DNA of 64,000 nt from Nonomuraea sp. NPDC050663 (GTDB lineage: Bacteria; Actinomycetota; Actinomycetes; Streptosporangiales; Streptosporangiaceae): assembly GCF_044456985.1 (NCBI RefSeq), contig NZ_JBITGL010000015.1, positions 71,269-135,268 on the forward strand, read 5' to 3'. Below are positions 18,853 through 28,300 of the stretch, in pieces. Position numbers and translations under genes: made by a program. The notes below the pieces were generated by a model, which did not search any database, had not been told where the DNA came from, and worked only from the letters and a program-made list of their open reading frames with translations. The stretch's first letter is position 1. Each line of letters starts with the position of its first letter.

Positions 18853-19731
18853 ATGACAGCTGATTGGTGGCACCCCGACCTGCACGGACTCGTCGTTCTC
18901 CAGGGTGACGAGCTGATCTTCGAGAGGTACGGCGAGGGCGAGGACTACCGGCTCGACGAGGCGCTCGGACACGTGAGGTTCGGCCCGGAGACGCCGCACG
19001 ACATCCGGTCGGTTAGCAAGAGCGTGGTCGGCCTGCTGTACGGTACGGCGCTCGCCGAGGGGGCGGTGCCCGAGCCCTCCGCGAGTCTGATGGAGCAGTT
19101 CCCCGAATATGGCGACATCTCAGGCAAGGACGCCCTCACGATCCAGCACGCCCTCACCATGACCCTGGGCCTGCACTGGGACGAGAGCGTGCCGTACACC
19201 AGCATCGCCAACAGCGAGATCGCCATGGAGATGGCGCCCGACCGCTACCGCTACATCCTGGAGCAGCCGCTGGTCCAGGAGCCCGGCACGGGATGGCACT
19301 ACACCGGCGGCGCGTCGGCCCTGGTGGGGCGCATCATCGAGAAGGGCACGAGCCTGCCGCTGGAGGAGTACGCGGACGCCAGGCTCTTCCGGCCGCTCGG
19401 CATCTCGTCGTGGGAGTGGTCGCGTGGAGCCGACGGCGTGGTGCTGGCCGCATCGGGCCTGCGGCTCGCGCCCCGCGAGCTCGCCGCGATCGGGCGGTTC
19501 GCGATGGAGGTGCCCCTGGAGCCGATGATCAAGCGCGAGGACGGCGGTTCGTACGGCATGCAGTGGTATGTCGGCGACGGCTGGCGGGGCGGCTTCGGCA
19601 ACGGCGGGCAGCGCCTGATCGTCTTCCCGGCGCGCAAGGTGGTCATCGCGGCGACCGCCGGGCTCTACAACAACGACACCGCGACCGTCGATCAGCTGCT
19701 CTGGAACACCGTCATCCCCGCCATCACCTGA
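18853..19731 (+). CDS. Serine hydrolase / beta-lactamase-family protein
   Basis: SxxK motif RSVSKSVVGLLYG and a class C beta-lactamase/esterase-like pattern. Confidence 0.7.
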   Translation: MTADWWHPDLHGLVVLQGDELIFERYGEGEDYRLDEALGHVRFGPETPHDIRSVSKSVVGLLYGTALAEGAVPEPSASLMEQFPEYGDISGKDALTIQHALTMTLGLHWDESVPYTSIANSEIAMEMAPDRYRYILEQPLVQEPGTGWHYTGGASALVGRIIEKGTSLPLEEYADARLFRPLGISSWEWSRGADGVVLAASGLRLAPRELAAIGRFAMEVPLEPMIKREDGGSYGMQWYVGDGWRGGFGNGGQRLIVFPARKVVIAATAGLYNNDTATVDQLLWNTVIPAIT

Positions 19732-20552
19732 TGGAACGCGCTGACCGCCGGATGCCCGCCGTATCCTCGCCGGAAGGCGATCAACGTGCGGCGGCTGATC
19801 GGCAGCGGCGTCAGCCGTACGCCCGGGTGGGGTGAGCGCGCCGCCAGTTCCGGCACCAGCGCGACGCCCTGCCCGGCGGCGGCGAAGGCCAGGACCGTGT
19901 CGAAGTCGTCGAGATGATGGCGCGCCCGCGGCTCGAACCCGGCCGCCTGGCAGGCCCGGATCGTCATGGTGTGGCAGAGCGTGCCGGGTTTGGCGAGGAT
20001 CCACGGATCGTCGCGGGCCTCCTCCAGGCTCGCGCGCTGGGTCAGGAAGACCGCCTCGCTGAACAAGGCGTGGGTCTCGACGCTGCGATCGGTGATCGGC
20101 GGGACGAAGTCGTACTCATGGATCAGCGCCACGTCCAGCTCGCCCGCGCGCAGCGCCGCCGAGACGTCGGCCGGATCGATCTCGGTGACCATCGGCTCCA
20201 GGCCGGGCGGCAGCCCGGCGAGGGCGGGCGGGAGCAGGGTGCGGGCGGCCGTGGGGAACGCGCCGATCCGCAGCGGCCCGCGCGGCCCCTCTGTCACCGC
20301 CCGGAGCGCCGCTTCGGCGCGTTCGAGCTGCTCAAGTACGGCTTGCGCGTGCTCGACCAGCAGGTGCGCGGCCGGGGTCAGGGTGACCGTGCGGCCGGTC
20401 CGCTCCAGCAGGGGCACGCCCGCCTCACGTTCGAGCGCGGACAACTGCTGCGAAACCGCGCTCGGGGTGAACGTGAGCGCCTCGGCCACGGCGGCGATCG
20501 TGCCGCGATGGGCCAGTTCGCGCAGGAGGCGGAGCTTGCGAGGGTCCAGCAT
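19692..20552 (-). CDS. LysR-family transcriptional regulator
   Basis: [51 protein letters not shown]. Confidence 0.85.
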   Translation of the reverse strand: MLDPRKLRLLRELAHRGTIAAVAEALTFTPSAVSQQLSALEREAGVPLLERTGRTVTLTPAAHLLVEHAQAVLEQLERAEAALRAVTEGPRGPLRIGAFPTAARTLLPPALAGLPPGLEPMVTEIDPADVSAALRAGELDVALIHEYDFVPPITDRSVETHALFSEAVFLTQRASLEEARDDPWILAKPGTLCHTMTIRACQAAGFEPRARHHLDDFDTVLAFAAAGQGVALVPELAARSPHPGVRLTPLPISRRTLIAFRRGYGGHPAVSAFHQVMAGMTVFQSS

Positions 20553-20623
20553 CAGATCAGCTTACGCTCAACAGCACAAACGTGAACTGGACCTGCACGA
20601 TGAGGCCGCCGCATGGTGGAGGC

Positions 20624-21478
20624 ATGCTTGCAGGAATCCACGTACCGCTGATCACCCCCTTCGCCGCCGACGGCTCGGTCGACCTGGCCGGTCTCGACAA
20701 GCTCGCCCACCACGTCCTCGACCAGGGCGCCAGCGGCCTGGTCGCGCTGGGCACCACCGGTGAGATCGCCACGCTGACCGAGGCGGAGCGCGCCGCCGTC
20801 GTGGAGGTGGCGGCCCGGGCCGCGCGCGAGCACGGCGCCACGCTGATCGTCGGCGGCGGGAGCCCCGACCCGCGCGCCACGGCCGAGACCCTGCGGTCGC
20901 TCCGGGCCGACGCGGCGCTGGTCACGGTGCCGTCTTTCGTACGGCCCGGCGAGCGCGGGGTGGTGGCCTACTTCGAGGCGCTGGCCGCGGCCACGGCGGT
21001 CCCGCTGGTGATCTACCACATTCCCTATCGGACCGGGCAGAGCGTCGGCGCCGAGACGCTGCGCCACCTGGGCGGGCTGCCGATGGTCGCCGGGGTGAAG
21101 TACGCCTCCGGCCTCGACGCAACGGCCGTTTCGCTGCTGGGAGATCTGCCCGAGGACTTCTCGGTGCTCGCGGGCGACGACGTGTTCGTCTCGCCGCTGC
21201 TCGCGCTGGGTGCGGCGGGCGGCATCCTGGCCTCCGCCCATCTGGCCACGCGCGACTTCGTCGAACTGGCCGGCGCCTGGGGTGCGGGGGACGTGGCGCG
21301 GGCGCGGGCGCTCGGTGCCAGGCTGGCTCGGCTGTCGGGCGCGCTGTTCGCCGAGCCGAACCCCACCGTGCTCAAGGGCGTGCTGCACGCCCAGGGGATG
21401 ATCGCGACGGCCGACGTGCGGCTGCCCCTGCTGCCCGCCGGGCGGGACTCGGTCGAAGCGGCTCTCGCGTCACTGTGA
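20624..21478 (+). CDS. Dihydrodipicolinate synthase/N-acetylneuraminate lyase-family (DapA-like) aldolase
   Basis: GIHVPLITPF...VALGTTGE...; Schiff-base Lys in VAGVKYASG; TIM-barrel DapA pattern. Start at the ATG giving MLAGIHVPL. Confidence 0.75.
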   Translation: MLAGIHVPLITPFAADGSVDLAGLDKLAHHVLDQGASGLVALGTTGEIATLTEAERAAVVEVAARAAREHGATLIVGGGSPDPRATAETLRSLRADAALVTVPSFVRPGERGVVAYFEALAAATAVPLVIYHIPYRTGQSVGAETLRHLGGLPMVAGVKYASGLDATAVSLLGDLPEDFSVLAGDDVFVSPLLALGAAGGILASAHLATRDFVELAGAWGAGDVARARALGARLARLSGALFAEPNPTVLKGVLHAQGMIATADVRLPLLPAGRDSVEAALASL

Positions 21479-22603
21479 GAACTCCACGTGGTGGCGGTAC
21501 AGCCAGGCCAGCGACTCGCTGCTGGCCGTCTTCCTGAGGAAGAACGGCATCAGCGAGTCGCGCACCACCCGGCCCACCGGCCCGGCGGCCTTGTTGTTGC
21601 TGATCCGCCGTGAGTAGGCCACCACCTTCTCGACCCGGTCACGGCGGCGCGCCTCGAAGGCGGCGAACGGGTCGGCCTCCCGCTTGAGGCAGTCGGCCAG
21701 CACGAGCGCGTCCTCGATGGCGAGCGAGGCGCCCTGACCCGCGCTGGGCGAGGTGGCGTGGGCGGCGTCGCCGGTGAGCACCACCCGGCCCCGGTGCCAG
21801 GTCGGCAGGGGAGCCAGGTCGTAGATGGGCACCGCCGTGTCGATCCGGCTGCGGGCGATCAGGCCGGACGAGTCGTTCGCGTCGCCGCGGAAGGCCTCGA
21901 TGAGCAGGGGCTTCCAGTCCTGCCGTTCGACGATCTTGCTCGGCAGGTTGGCGAACCACCAGGTGTCGCCGCCGGAGGCGACGGTGTAGCCGAAGAACGC
22001 CTTCTTGCCGAAGACCATGTGATACTCGCCGGGCTCGCCCGGCAGGCCGCCGTCAGGGACGATGCCGCCGAAGCTGTACAGCCCGCTGTAGCGCGGCTGC
22101 GCCGGTGCGATCAGCTGGCGGGTGCGCGAGTGCACCCCGTCGGCGGCGATCAGGATGTCGCCCGTCGCCGTGGTGCCGTCGTCGAAGTGGGCGACGACCT
22201 CGGATCCCGTGTCGTCGAGGGTGACCAGGCGCTTGCCGTACGAGATCTCGATGCCCCTGGACCGGGCTTCGTCGCGGACGATCCTGAACAGGTCGGCGCG
22301 CTGGATGGTGTGGCTGACGGTGCCGTCGTCGAGGGCCATGCCGTTGGGCACCTGGCCGAGACGTTTGCCCGTGCCGCTCCACATGATCATGGTGGGAGTG
22401 GGGATGCCTGCTGCCATGACCTGGTGGTGGGCGCCGAGGGTGCGCAGGGCGTCGAGGCCGTTGGAGGCGACGTTGAGGAAGGAGCCGACGCCGGCCGCGT
22501 CGTCGCCGTAGGCCTCGAAGATGCGTGACTCGATGCCCACCCGCTGGAGTGCCATAGCAGTCACAGGGCCAGCGATGCCGCATCCGATGATCAAAGCGTT
22601 CAT
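21470..22603 (-). CDS. FAD-dependent monooxygenase (aromatic hydroxylase-like)
   Basis: GxGxxG MNALIIGCGIAGPVTA, GD motif ADGVHSRTR and DAAH motif LTGDAAHATSPSAGQG. Confidence 0.85.
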   Translation of the reverse strand: MNALIIGCGIAGPVTAMALQRVGIESRIFEAYGDDAAGVGSFLNVASNGLDALRTLGAHHQVMAAGIPTPTMIMWSGTGKRLGQVPNGMALDDGTVSHTIQRADLFRIVRDEARSRGIEISYGKRLVTLDDTGSEVVAHFDDGTTATGDILIAADGVHSRTRQLIAPAQPRYSGLYSFGGIVPDGGLPGEPGEYHMVFGKKAFFGYTVASGGDTWWFANLPSKIVERQDWKPLLIEAFRGDANDSSGLIARSRIDTAVPIYDLAPLPTWHRGRVVLTGDAAHATSPSAGQGASLAIEDALVLADCLKREADPFAAFEARRRDRVEKVVAYSRRISNNKAAGPVGRVVRDSLMPFFLRKTASSESLAWLYRHHVEFSQ

Positions 22604-22613
22604 AGTGGTATCC

Positions 22614-22633
22614 TTTCGTTCGGTCTAACGAAA
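22614..22633. promoter_or_regulatory. Perfect palindrome TTTCGTT-N6-AACGAAA in the monooxygenase/MarR divergent promoter
   Basis: Read directly: tttcgttcggtctaacgaaa. Candidate MarR operator. Confidence 0.45.
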
Positions 22634-22655
22634 TAATGACAAACGCGGAGGTATC

Positions 22656-23123
22656 GTGTCCAGAGATATTTCGGAAAACCGAAAGAATCTCCTCGATGCC
22701 CTGGTCGTGGCCGGACGGGAGAACAGCAACGCGGCGGTCATGTTCCACACCGCAGTCGCCGCGCACATGGGGCTGGGGGCGAGCGAGGAGAAGACGCTCG
22801 ACCTGCTGCAACGGCGCGGGCCTCTGACCGCGGGGGAGATCGTCAAGCTCACCGGCCTGGCTCCCGCCTCGGTGACGGGGTTGCTCGACCGGCTGGAGGC
22901 GAAGTGGTTCGTACGGCGGGTGCGGGATCCTCGTGACCGGCGGCGGGTGATCGTGGAGCTCAACGACGAGATGCTCTCGGGCGGCGACGAGATCTTCGCG
23001 CCCCTGGTCAACGGCCTGGCCGAGCTGTACGCGGGCTATGCGGACGAGCAATTGGAACTGATCCTGGACTTCCTCACTCGCGCGACGGCGATTCAGGTGG
23101 AGGCCACCTCCAAAATTTCTTGA
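22656..23123 (+). CDS. MarR-family transcriptional regulator
   Basis: wHTH LTAGEIVKLTGLAPASVTGLLDRLEAKWFVRRVRDPRDRRRV. Confidence 0.85.
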   Translation: MSRDISENRKNLLDALVVAGRENSNAAVMFHTAVAAHMGLGASEEKTLDLLQRRGPLTAGEIVKLTGLAPASVTGLLDRLEAKWFVRRVRDPRDRRRVIVELNDEMLSGGDEIFAPLVNGLAELYAGYADEQLELILDFLTRATAIQVEATSKIS

Positions 23124-23168
23124 GACGAGACGTTGCGTCTTGCTGGTTTGCCGGGTAGTGTTCCAGGC

Positions 23169-23192
23169 ATGGGTTACCAGATCTTCCTGTAA
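23169..23192 (+). promoter_or_regulatory. 7-codon upstream ORF (MGYQIFL*) in the ABC-F leader, 67 nt before the ABC-F start
   Basis: atg ggt tac cag atc ttc ctg taa, read directly, followed by a GC-rich segment capable of secondary structure. Candidate ribosome-stalling leader peptide. Confidence 0.35.
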
Positions 23193-23259
23193 GCGCCGCA
23201 GGCGTCGAGCACGCGCTCCGCCGCACATCCGCCCGTGCACGCAACCAGGAGGACTATTT

Positions 23260-25107
23260 ATGCGCACCGCGCAACTCGCACTCTCTTCCATCACCAAGCG
23301 CTACGACGACCGCGTCGTGCTCGACCAGGTCTCGCTCACCGTCAAGCCGGGCGAGCGGATCGGGGTCATCGGCGACAACGGATCCGGGAAGTCCACGCTG
23401 CTCAAGCTCATCGCCGGGGCCCTGACCCCCGACAACGGCGAGCTGACCGTGGTCGCGCCCGGAGGGATCGGCTACCTCGCCCAGACCCTCGACCTGCCCG
23501 CCGAGGCCACCGTCCAGGAGGCCATCGACCTGGCCCTCTCCGACCTCCGCACCCTGGAGGCCGACCTGCACACGATGGAGGAGAACCTTGACGAATCCAC
23601 CCTTGAGGCCTACGGCGAGCTGATCGCCCGCTTCGAGGCCCGCGGCGGGTACGACGCCGACAACCAGGTCGACGCCGCCCTGCACGGGCTCGGCCTGCCG
23701 TCGCTCGACCGCGGACGGACGCTGGGCAGCCTGTCGGGCGGCGAACGCTCCCGGCTCGCCCTCGCCGCGACCCTCGCCTCCGCACCCGAACTGCTCCTGC
23801 TCGACGAACCCACCAACGACCTCGACGACCAGGCCGTGGCCTGGCTGGAGCAGCACCTGCGCGGCCACCGCGGCACCGTCGTCGCCATCACCCACGACCG
23901 GGTCTTCCTGGAACGCATCACCTCGGTGATCCTGGAGGTCGACCTCGGCAAGGTGCGGCGCTACGGCAACGGGTACTCCGGCTACCTCGCCGCCAAGGCG
24001 GCCGAACGCGCCGCCTGGGCGCGGCGGCACGAGGAGTGGGTGCTGGAGGTCGAACGGCACAGCGGCCTCGTCGCGGCCAACGCGGGGAGGATGGCGGCGA
24101 TTCCTCGCAAGATGTCCAAGGCGGGGATGGGCGGGATCGGCGCCTGGCGTGCTCGCGGGCGTTCCCACGGGGCGATGGGTCGCATCCGGCAATCACAGGC
24201 GCGCCTGGACGCCCTCCGGGGCGACCCGGTCGTGGCACCGCCGGAGCGGCTGCGCTTCAGCGCCTCGATCACGACGAGTACGGGCACGGGGTCGGGCGGA
24301 CCGCTCGCCGGTGCAGTGGGCTCGCCGCGGGCGGGCGGCTTGCTCGACGCCGCGGACCCGGGCGCGCGACCGGTCGGCGGTTCGCGTGATGCCGCCCTCT
24401 CGACTCCATCACCGGCCCTCGGCGGCCTCGCCGCCGCGCTGACCACCCCAGACGGCCCCTCCACCCTCGACCAGCCCTGGCACTCCATCGCCGAAACCAT
24501 GCTCACCCAGCTCTTCCCCCCGAGGGCCGAGCTGACCGACGTCACCGTCGCCTCCCGCCTGCACCTGCCCGGCGGCCTGCGCATCGGGTACGGCGAACGC
24601 CTGCTCGTCACCGGCCCCAACGGCGCCGGCAAGTCCACGCTCATGCGCGTCCTCGCCGGCGAGCTCACCCCCGACACCGGCACCGTCCACGTCAACGGCA
24701 CCGTCGGCTACCTGCGACAGGAGGAAACCCCCTGGAACCCGGCACTCACCGTGCTCCAAGCCTTCGCCTCCGGCCGCCCCGGTGACCCGGAGGAGCACGC
24801 CGACGCCCTCCTGTCGCTGGGCCTGTTCCGCCCCGCCGACCTCCGGCTCCGGGTCGGCGAGCTGTCGTACGGCCAGCGCCGCCGCATCGAGCTCGCCCGC
24901 CTCGTCACCGACCCCGTCGACCTGCTCCTCCTCGACGAGCCCACCAACCACCTGTCTCCTGCGCTGGTGGAGGAGCTCGAGGAGGCCCTGGTCGACTACC
25001 CGGGCGCGCTGGTGATCGTCACCCACGACCGCCGCATGCGTTCCCGCTTCACCGGCACCCACGTGGAGCTCGACGCGGGCAAGATCGTCGCCCGTCGCAC
25101 CGTGTGA
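23260..25107 (+). CDS. ABC-F family ATPase (two NBDs, no TMD) with an extended low-complexity inter-domain region
   Basis: Two Walker A motifs (GDNGSGKST, GPNGAGKST), two signatures (LSGGERSRLALA, LSYGQRRRIELA) and two Walker B motifs (LLLLDEPTN x2). AGGAGG Shine-Dalgarno 7 nt upstream of ATG 23260. Confidence 0.85.
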   Translation: MRTAQLALSSITKRYDDRVVLDQVSLTVKPGERIGVIGDNGSGKSTLLKLIAGALTPDNGELTVVAPGGIGYLAQTLDLPAEATVQEAIDLALSDLRTLEADLHTMEENLDESTLEAYGELIARFEARGGYDADNQVDAALHGLGLPSLDRGRTLGSLSGGERSRLALAATLASAPELLLLDEPTNDLDDQAVAWLEQHLRGHRGTVVAITHDRVFLERITSVILEVDLGKVRRYGNGYSGYLAAKAAERAAWARRHEEWVLEVERHSGLVAANAGRMAAIPRKMSKAGMGGIGAWRARGRSHGAMGRIRQSQARLDALRGDPVVAPPERLRFSASITTSTGTGSGGPLAGAVGSPRAGGLLDAADPGARPVGGSRDAALSTPSPALGGLAAALTTPDGPSTLDQPWHSIAETMLTQLFPPRAELTDVTVASRLHLPGGLRIGYGERLLVTGPNGAGKSTLMRVLAGELTPDTGTVHVNGTVGYLRQEETPWNPALTVLQAFASGRPGDPEEHADALLSLGLFRPADLRLRVGELSYGQRRRIELARLVTDPVDLLLLDEPTNHLSPALVEELEEALVDYPGALVIVTHDRRMRSRFTGTHVELDAGKIVARRTV

Positions 25108-25128
25108 CCGACCAGCCTCACTCTGGGT

Positions 25129-25160
25129 GCCCTCCCCTCCTGCACGCTGGAGGGGAGGGC
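25129..25160 (+). terminator. Hairpin terminator after ABC-F (12-bp stem GCCCTCCCCTCC/GGAGGGGAGGGC)
   Basis: Perfect inverted repeat 22 nt after the stop. Confidence 0.55.
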
Positions 25161-25359
25161 CGTCCACCGCAGGCAAGGGCGAGACGTCGCTCATCCCCAC
25201 CACAGCAGAGTGCGCGGCGCCGCCCGTCGCAGGCACGGCCGAAGCGTCGTCCTCCTCCGTCACGCCCGCGGGTGAGGAAGCGGCGGCGGCCGGAACCGTT
25301 CGCCACGGCGATCAGTGACGGCGCCACCGTCTCGCCGCGAGCCCCCGAGGTCGAAGGGG

Positions 25360-28300
25360 TCAGCTTCCCCGAATCGCCGTACCCACTTCGCTCACCCGGT
25401 CGGCGAGCAGCCCGATCGCCCCCACTGCCCGCGTCACCGGATCGTCCTCCGCCCCGCCCAGCGCCCGAGTGCGCAGGAACGCCTGCTTGACGTCCCTCCA
25501 TCGCGCCTCCTGCTCGGCGGTCAGCACGCCCCGCAGCTCGGCCAGCTTCAGCAGGTTCGACTCCGCGTCCGTCGTCAACGTCTGCGCCTCACCCAAGTAG
25601 TGGTCGGAGATGACCGCCTCCAGCTCGGCGTCGTTCATCGCGGGGACGATGCGCTCGGCGAGCTTGTTCATGTTCCGGTACGACCCTTGCAACTTGTACG
25701 GAGGCTCGGTGCGCGCATCGTCGGACTGGGCGGCCGAGGCGATGTAGGCCCGGTTGTTGGCGAGCACCACCTCCTGCACCCTGATCAGCTTGCGCAGGAC
25801 GGCGAGGACCTGCTCCAGCTCGACCTTGGAGTACGGGTGCGTGAGCTGGTCGGCACGGACCGACGAGTCGCCGCGTGCCAGCCGGACCAGCAGCTCCACG
25901 TCGCCCCGGTCGCGGGTGGACAGCGGGGCGAGCACCGGGTTGGAGGTCAGGGCGTTGTCAACGTAGCTCAGCGCGAACAGCTCCTCCCTGCCGCTGAGCA
26001 CGTCGCCGAGGTTCCACACGTCGGCGCGGTTGGAGAGCATGTCGGGGATGCGGAAACGCTGCCCCGACTCGGTGTACGGGTTGCCCGCCATGCACACGGC
26101 GAAGCGCTTGCCCCGCAGGTCGTAGGTGCGGGTGCGGCCGTTCCACACGCCCTCGATACGCCGCTGGGCGTCACACAGCGAGATGAACTTCTGCAGCAGC
26201 TCGGGCGAGGTGTGCTGGATGTCGTCGAGGTAGAGCAGCGTGTTGTTGCCCGACTCCAGCGCGAAGGAGATCTTCTCGACCTCCTGGCGGGCGGTGGCGT
26301 TGGGCGCCTCGGCGGGGTCGAGCGAGGTGACGTCATGACCGAGCGCCGGGCCGTTGACCTTGACGAAGAGCAGGCCGAGACGGCTGGCGACGTACTCCAT
26401 GAGCGTCGTCTTGCCGTAGCCGGGCGGTGAGATGAGCAGCAGGAGGCCCATCTGGTCAGTGCGCTTGCCCTCCCCGGCCGCGCCGAGCTGCTTGGCGAGG
26501 TTGTCGCCGATGAGCGGCAGGTAGACCTCGTCGAGCAGCCGGTTGCGCACGAAGGCGCTCATGACCTTGGGCTTGTACTCCTCGAGCCGCAGCCTGTCCT
26601 TCTCGACCTGGACCAGCTCGTTGCGGCGCTTCTGGTAGGCCCGGTAGGCGGGCACCCGCTCGTCGCGGAAGGCCTTGGTCCTGGGCAGGATCTCGTCGAG
26701 CCTGACCTCCAGCTTGCGCTCGGAGATGCGGGGATGGGTGCCGAGCAGCCCTTCGATGGTGGCGGTCAGGGTGGCGCCGGAGTCGTAGCGCGGCACGTCG
26801 CACAGCAGGAGCGCCAGCGCCTCGGGCAGCTCCGGCGCCTGCTCGAACGCCTCCAACCAGGCCTGGGCGAGCTGGACCCTGTACGGCAGGGCGAGCTGAT
26901 GGAGGTCGGCCTGGAACTCCTTGGCCTTGTCGGGGCCGAGTGCCTGGTGGAAGCGCTCGACCAGGGCCCGGGCGGCGGCGCTGGTGACGAAGCCGGCAGG
27001 GGTGGCGGCCAGCTCCTCGACGAGGTACTCGCCCGCGAGCGCCGCCGTCGCCCCGTCGACCCCGAGAGCCGCGGCCAGGTCGGCGACGGTTCGGTCGTCG
27101 GGGGTGTGGGAGCTCGCGCCGTGGTGACCGTTGGTGGAGCTCGGGGCTTGGGGGATGGGGGAGCTTGCGTGCGCGCCCACCGCGCCGGATGGTGAGGGAC
27201 CGGTGGCGGCCGAGCTGGATGGTGAGGGACCGCCGGTGGCCGAGCTGGATGGTGAGGGACCGCCGGTGGCCGAGCTCATCGCCGCGCCCGCACCAGGCGT
27301 GGGGAGGTGGCCGCCGGAGGACGATGCCGGGAAGTGGCCGCTGGCTGTGGGCGAGGCTGGGTGGTGGGCGGCGGGGTGCGGCTGCATGGGGCGGCTGCCG
27401 GGGGCGAACCCGGTGCCGGTGCCGGTGCCGATGCCCGTGCCGATGCCCGTGCCGGTGTCGGTGGTGGTGTCGGTGGTGGACGTGGCGCTAGTGGCGGTGG
27501 TGCCGGCGGCGGGAGTGCTGGTGCCGGTGGTGCCGGTTTCGGTGGTGGTGCCGGTGTCGGGGGTGGCGGTGCCGGAGTCGGCGGTGGCGGTGAAGCCCGT
27601 GGGGTGGCCGCTGGGTGACGGTGACGGGGTCGTCGCTGGGGGGCTGGTAGCGGTGAGTGCCTGCCCGCCGAACGGTGCTCCCTGATCCGAGCGGGTACGG
27701 TCCGAGCGGGTGTGGTCCGAGCCGACACCCGCCAAGAACCGGGCGATCGCACCCCCCAACTCCCCGCTCAATGCCTCAACCCCGCCCGACCCGCCGAACA
27801 ACCCCCGAGCCCGCGCCAACGACGAGGCGCGCACGGCGATTGTTTTACGTGAAACCTCGTCCACCCCATAAGCCCAATACAGCTGCGCCGCGGCCCGAGC
27901 CCTCGACGGGAAGCGCAACAACCCAGCCCCCGACGTGAGCCGTACGAGCGCGTCGAGGATCAGCGCCGCGTCGTGGTCGTGCACTCCCCGCTCGTATCCC
28001 TCGTCGTAGCGCGACTCCGCCGCCTGCCGTACGAGCGCGGGGAGGTCGTCGTCGGGGCGGGCGGTGGCGAGGAGGGCGGCGGCCAGGTGTTCGCCGCGGT
28101 AGACGGCGGGCGTCTCGGAGACGAGGAGCTGGTCCCAGAAGGGGCGGGTGTCGGCGAAGGTCGCGGGGGCGGGGGAGCGGTAGTCGGTGCCGGTGATGGA
28201 GAAGTGCATCGCCCCGTCGTGGGGCACGAGCGTGAGGTCGATGGGCTGGGTGTTGACCGCGAATCGGTGGCGTCCGAGGCGCAGGGTCTCGCCGCCGTCG

